Origin: a virus
Taxonomy: Duplodnaviria > Caudoviricetes
Virus record (IMG/VR): IMGVR_UViG_3300045801_000024
Span: 1-37,653 of that record
Strand: one strand, 5' to 3'
DNA length: 37,653 bases
In this document: piece by piece, positions 35,055-37,653 of the stretch
Position numbering within the stretch: the first letter of the stretch is position 1
How the letters are laid out: every line of letters begins with the position of its first letter
Made by a program: the position numbers and the translations under genes
Notes under the pieces: model-generated
Told to the model about the DNA's origin: nothing
The model's input: only the letters and a program-made list of their open reading frames with translations
The model's database searches: none

Positions 35055-35557
35055 AGTTCGATAAGACAGCGGCTGTCCAATCTGGCAGCGGTGGCGAGAA
35101 GTTTTTAAAGATCAAAGCGGGGGAGAGTGTGAATGGAATCTTTCGTGGCGAGATCCATCACTATTTCATCAAGTGGGTGGAGGGGAAGAGTGTCCAGGTG
35201 AGCTCAGATGAGCCGGGAGCAAAGATTAGATTTGAGGCTAACTTTGTGACGATGGTCGATGGCCGTTTTGTGGCCAAGGTGTTTGGGTTCTCTCAGACTG
35301 TCTACAATCTGCTTGCAGAGGTGAATAACGAATATGACTTAGAAAAGACAAAAGTAAAGATCTCAAGGAGGGGGGAGAAGCTAGAGACTGAGTACTCCAT
35401 TTTGCCGCTCTTAAAAGAGCCGATCCCGCCACAGATTATGAAGCAGATTGAGGCCGTGACTTTAAACATCCTCGACGCAAAGCCTCAGCCCGTTAAGGAG
35501 CAAAAGATGGAGTGGTCAAATGAGCCGCTTCCCGAATATCCAGAATTGCCGTTTTAA
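35051..35557 (+). CDS. Putative single-stranded DNA-binding protein
   Basis: ATG35051 with AGGAG RBS; FLKIK.GES, KISR.GEKL.T.YSI.P OB-fold-like pattern; acidic tail ending LPF. Confidence 0.6.
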   Translation: MKFDKTAAVQSGSGGEKFLKIKAGESVNGIFRGEIHHYFIKWVEGKSVQVSSDEPGAKIRFEANFVTMVDGRFVAKVFGFSQTVYNLLAEVNNEYDLEKTKVKISRRGEKLETEYSILPLLKEPIPPQIMKQIEAVTLNILDAKPQPVKEQKMEWSNEPLPEYPELPF

Positions 35558-35585
35558 GCAACGCAAACAAAAGGAGCAGGATAAA

Positions 35586-35894
35586 ATGAAAGAAGAAACA
35601 GAAGCAAAAATCAGAGCGATCACAGACCTGATTGATTCAGGGATGACGATGACCAAGGCTTGCAAGAAGATGGGAATTAATTCCTCGAATTATTCAAGGT
35701 ATCGTAAGCAGTTAGCGGCCTTAGATAAAGCTAGTGTTTATGCAAGTGAGGTTCCAAAGCCGAACCTTCTTCCCCCTGAGCAATGCCATTCCTTAATCTT
35801 TGAAGACGGCGAAGTCCCAGGCTTTGTATCCCGCGTCGTTAGTTCAAATCTCGGCAAGGACGATAAGCTCAAGATCTTAGCCGCAGCATTATAA
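35586..35894 (+). CDS. HTH DNA-binding protein
   Basis: GMTMTKACKKMGINSSNYSRYR; AAGGAG/AGGA RBS. Confidence 0.7.
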   Translation: MKEETEAKIRAITDLIDSGMTMTKACKKMGINSSNYSRYRKQLAALDKASVYASEVPKPNLLPPEQCHSLIFEDGEVPGFVSRVVSSNLGKDDKLKILAAAL

Positions 35895-35902
35895 TTGTTT
35901 TT

Positions 35903-35978
35903 GTCTGGCTGGTGTCTGAAGTCTTACCGTGGGGGTAGATGAAGGGGATCGATGAGAGTTGTCCAGCCAGACGTTTTT
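35903..35978 (+). terminator. Long-loop stem followed by U-tract
   Basis: GTCTGGCTGG (35903-12)/CCAGCCAGAC (35963-72), then GTTTTT. Confidence 0.5.
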
Positions 35979-35993
35979 AAGGGGACTTGATCA

Positions 35994-36326
35994 ATGGATG
36001 AGAGATTGAGGGATCGGTTAGTTAAGATCAGCCACCAGATTGATCGATTAAAGGCTGTGGAAGAGCCGTGGCTCAATTTAAAAGCTTCAAAGGAGTCAGA
36101 GTTTGGGCTGCTTTATTTATCGACCACAGGCTCTGTGGCGGAGCGAGAGGCTAAGGTCTACACATCCTCAGAGTGGACCGACTTCTCAAAAGCCTTGGTT
36201 CAAGCCGAAGTTCAATTTAACAGAGAGCGTCGTATGTTGGATCTCCAACTCAAAGCCTATGACGCGGAACATTTAAGTTTTAAGATTGATCACTCGGCAA
36301 TAGCTAGGCAAGGCAGCCAAGTTTAA
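35994..36326 (+). CDS. Helical protein, possibly UvsY-like recombination mediator
   Basis: GSVAEREAKVY motif in a 110-aa helical protein within the recombination module. Confidence 0.45.
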   Translation: MDERLRDRLVKISHQIDRLKAVEEPWLNLKASKESEFGLLYLSTTGSVAEREAKVYTSSEWTDFSKALVQAEVQFNRERRMLDLQLKAYDAEHLSFKIDHSAIARQGSQV

Positions 36327-36402
36327 AAAAAAACCACCCCGCAGGTGTTGACAACCCTTGGGGTGTTTGACTTGATTGATGTGCGAGCAACAACCCGGCC
36401 TT
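36327..36402 (-). ncRNA. Candidate short antisense RNA (~75 nt)
   Basis: Minus-strand TTGACA (36437-36432) - 17 nt - AAGAAT (36414-36409); downstream hairpin CACCCC/GGGGTG followed by a U9 run. Confidence 0.45.
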
Positions 36403-36795
36403 GGTTGAATTCTTAATCGCCAAGGCCGGATTGTCAACGCCGATGGCGGATAGCCGATAAATCGTTAAACCGGGCGAGAGCTGACGTAAAGTCAATGGCG
36501 GATTTTCTTTCAAGCATTCTGCACACTTGAGAGAAGGTCCTGAGTATATTGCACCTGACACTCCCATTGTAACTGGACCGGGGGAGCCAGGACACGCCTA
36601 GATTTGGTAGAGTGCTGAATCCCCGAGGTACACTCCGGAGTTTCCGCTGGAGTATAGTTTGGGGCTTCAGCAATCTGCTAGATCGGGGAGAAGAGGGTGC
36701 AAACCGCATACGGGAAACAGCAGCCGGGGAATAGGGCACTCTGGAATCCCCCTCGTATGCCCAAAACTCGATTGCTTAATAATTAAGCAGAGGTG
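36390..36795 (+). ncRNA. Large structured non-coding RNA / replication-origin candidate
   Basis: No + strand ORF in the track; at least 8 stems with G-U wobbles favouring the + strand; GNRA-type loops. Confidence 0.6.
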
Positions 36796-36800
36796 CGACA

Positions 36801-37193
36801 ATGAGTCATGATTACGATTGGAATGAACGACACGAGAAAGACCGGCAGCATTGGCCAACTGGAGCTTTAGAGCGTACGCTTTTGCGTGATGGTGTTCGCT
36901 CTCTCTCAGAGGCTGTTAAGAAGAGAATGAAATCTGGACAAATCGAAAGTCCACCGGAGGTCCCGTTGAAGCCGCAGATCTTTGAAACTCAAAGCCAAGA
37001 TCCAGAATACGAAGCCATGTGCGCCGCGATAAGAGAAATTGAAGATTTTTCTAAAGGCTTTGACTTTAACTCCTTGCCTGCCGACACTACCGCTTCACTA
37101 GCAAACATGCCGATTCGCACCATTGAAGAAGTAGGTCTATGGGTAGCAGCTTGGAAGAAAACGATCCTGGAGCAAATTCCCTACGTCTGGTAG
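36801..37193 (+). CDS. Hypothetical protein
   Basis: GAGGT RBS; 130 aa. Confidence 0.7.
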   Translation: MSHDYDWNERHEKDRQHWPTGALERTLLRDGVRSLSEAVKKRMKSGQIESPPEVPLKPQIFETQSQDPEYEAMCAAIREIEDFSKGFDFNSLPADTTASLANMPIRTIEEVGLWVAAWKKTILEQIPYVW

Positions 37194-37552
37194 CTGAGCT
37201 CTCAATTCATGACCTGCCAAAACTAATCAACCAAATCGGCCGCAAGCATTGGGCAGTAAAACACAAAGAGCGTCGAAAATGGGCCATGCTGATTCAGCAT
37301 GAATGCCTGAAGGCCGGAATAAAGAACCTCGGGCTCAATAGCGCCGCGTTAACCTTCACGAGGCACTCAGTTAAGCAATGTGACTTTGATTCGCTTGTGA
37401 ACAGCTTTAAGGGCATTCAAGACGAATTGGTTGAGGCTAACGTGATTGTTGACGATAGCGAGAAGATCATTGGCCAACCAAAGTACTTCTGGAAGCAGCG
37501 GCTCGCAAAAATGGGAGGTCTTGTGACAATCAAGATTGAAACAGCGTGTTAG
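37139..37552 (+). CDS. RusA-like Holliday junction resolvase
   Basis: P..N....HW, D.D[N/S]L...K.I.D.L....I.DD catalytic pattern; start uncertain. Confidence 0.75.
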   Translation: MGSSLEENDPGANSLRLVAELSIHDLPKLINQIGRKHWAVKHKERRKWAMLIQHECLKAGIKNLGLNSAALTFTRHSVKQCDFDSLVNSFKGIQDELVEANVIVDDSEKIIGQPKYFWKQRLAKMGGLVTIKIETAC

Positions 37553-37631
37553 TATTCATAGTGGCTTGGCTTTCCTTCGGGATTGGCAACTGGGGCAATT
37601 ACCTTTTTAATTACGCAGAGCACCCAAGTTG
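37506..37631. repeat. Terminal direct repeat, copy 2
   Basis: Identical to 1-126. Confidence 0.95.
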
Positions 37632-37653
37632 CCAATCCCGAAGGAAAGCCAAG

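Noticed and set aside
426-35432. Numerous short alternative-frame and antisense ORFs nested in the long genes
   Set aside because: Shadow ORFs with no RBS or motifs, fully overlapped by well-supported genes
35915-35946. Hammerhead ribozyme core (CTGAAG...GAAG)
   Set aside because: Departs from the required CUGANGA and GAAA, and stems I/III cannot be built convincingly
36381-36797. Group I/II intron, RNase P RNA or tmRNA identity for the structured region
   Set aside because: GTGCG occurs (36381, 36793), but there is no domain V with an AGC triad, no convincing group I P7 pair, no RNase P GAGGAAAGUCC, no tmRNA ends and no interrupted host gene
36304-36858. Minus-strand ORFs across the structured region
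   Set aside because: They oppose the operon direction, have no evident RBS or recognisable protein features, and overlap one another
37627-37653. Terminal 27 nt are the reverse complement of 37566-37592 (hairpin end / invertible segment?)
   Set aside because: The copy at 1-126 continues normally into coding sequence. The switch occurs at a short imperfect inverted repeat (CAACTGGG/CCCAAGTTG), typical of a fold-back chimeric read, and I see no protelomerase or invertase gene

Overview
The window is an apparently complete ~37.5-kb dsDNA tailed-phage genome with podovirus-like gene order. Bases 1-126 recur at 37506-37631, so the unique circle is 37,505 bp, and the last ~22 nt look like a fold-back artefact. 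Modules in order: glycosyltransferases and a sigma70-region-4-like HTH protein; a short leftward operon; GNAT, ParB-like protein, adenine MTase, TerS and TerL; a partly decayed accessory island (8.9-11.9 kb); portal, scaffold, major capsid, adaptor and nozzle; three putative ejection proteins; a Gly/Ser/Thr-rich tail fibre; a lysis region with a GH25 lysozyme; and a recombination module (PD-(D/E)XK nuclease, SSB-like, UvsY-like, RusA-like). I recognise no integrase, DNA polymerase, helicase, primase, replication initiator, tRNA or CRISPR array. The most striking element is a ~470-nt, + strand ORF-free, densely base-paired region (36327-36800) with G-U wobbles and GNRA loops. It sits where a replication gene would be expected and is overlapped by a candidate ~75-nt antisense RNA, which suggests an RNA-controlled or RNA-primed replicon. 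Also notable are an attenuator-like switch (33926-34062), a candidate late-promoter motif TAGCACCA, and possible virion glycosylation. All calls come from manual motif reading; no database searches or folding programs were run.
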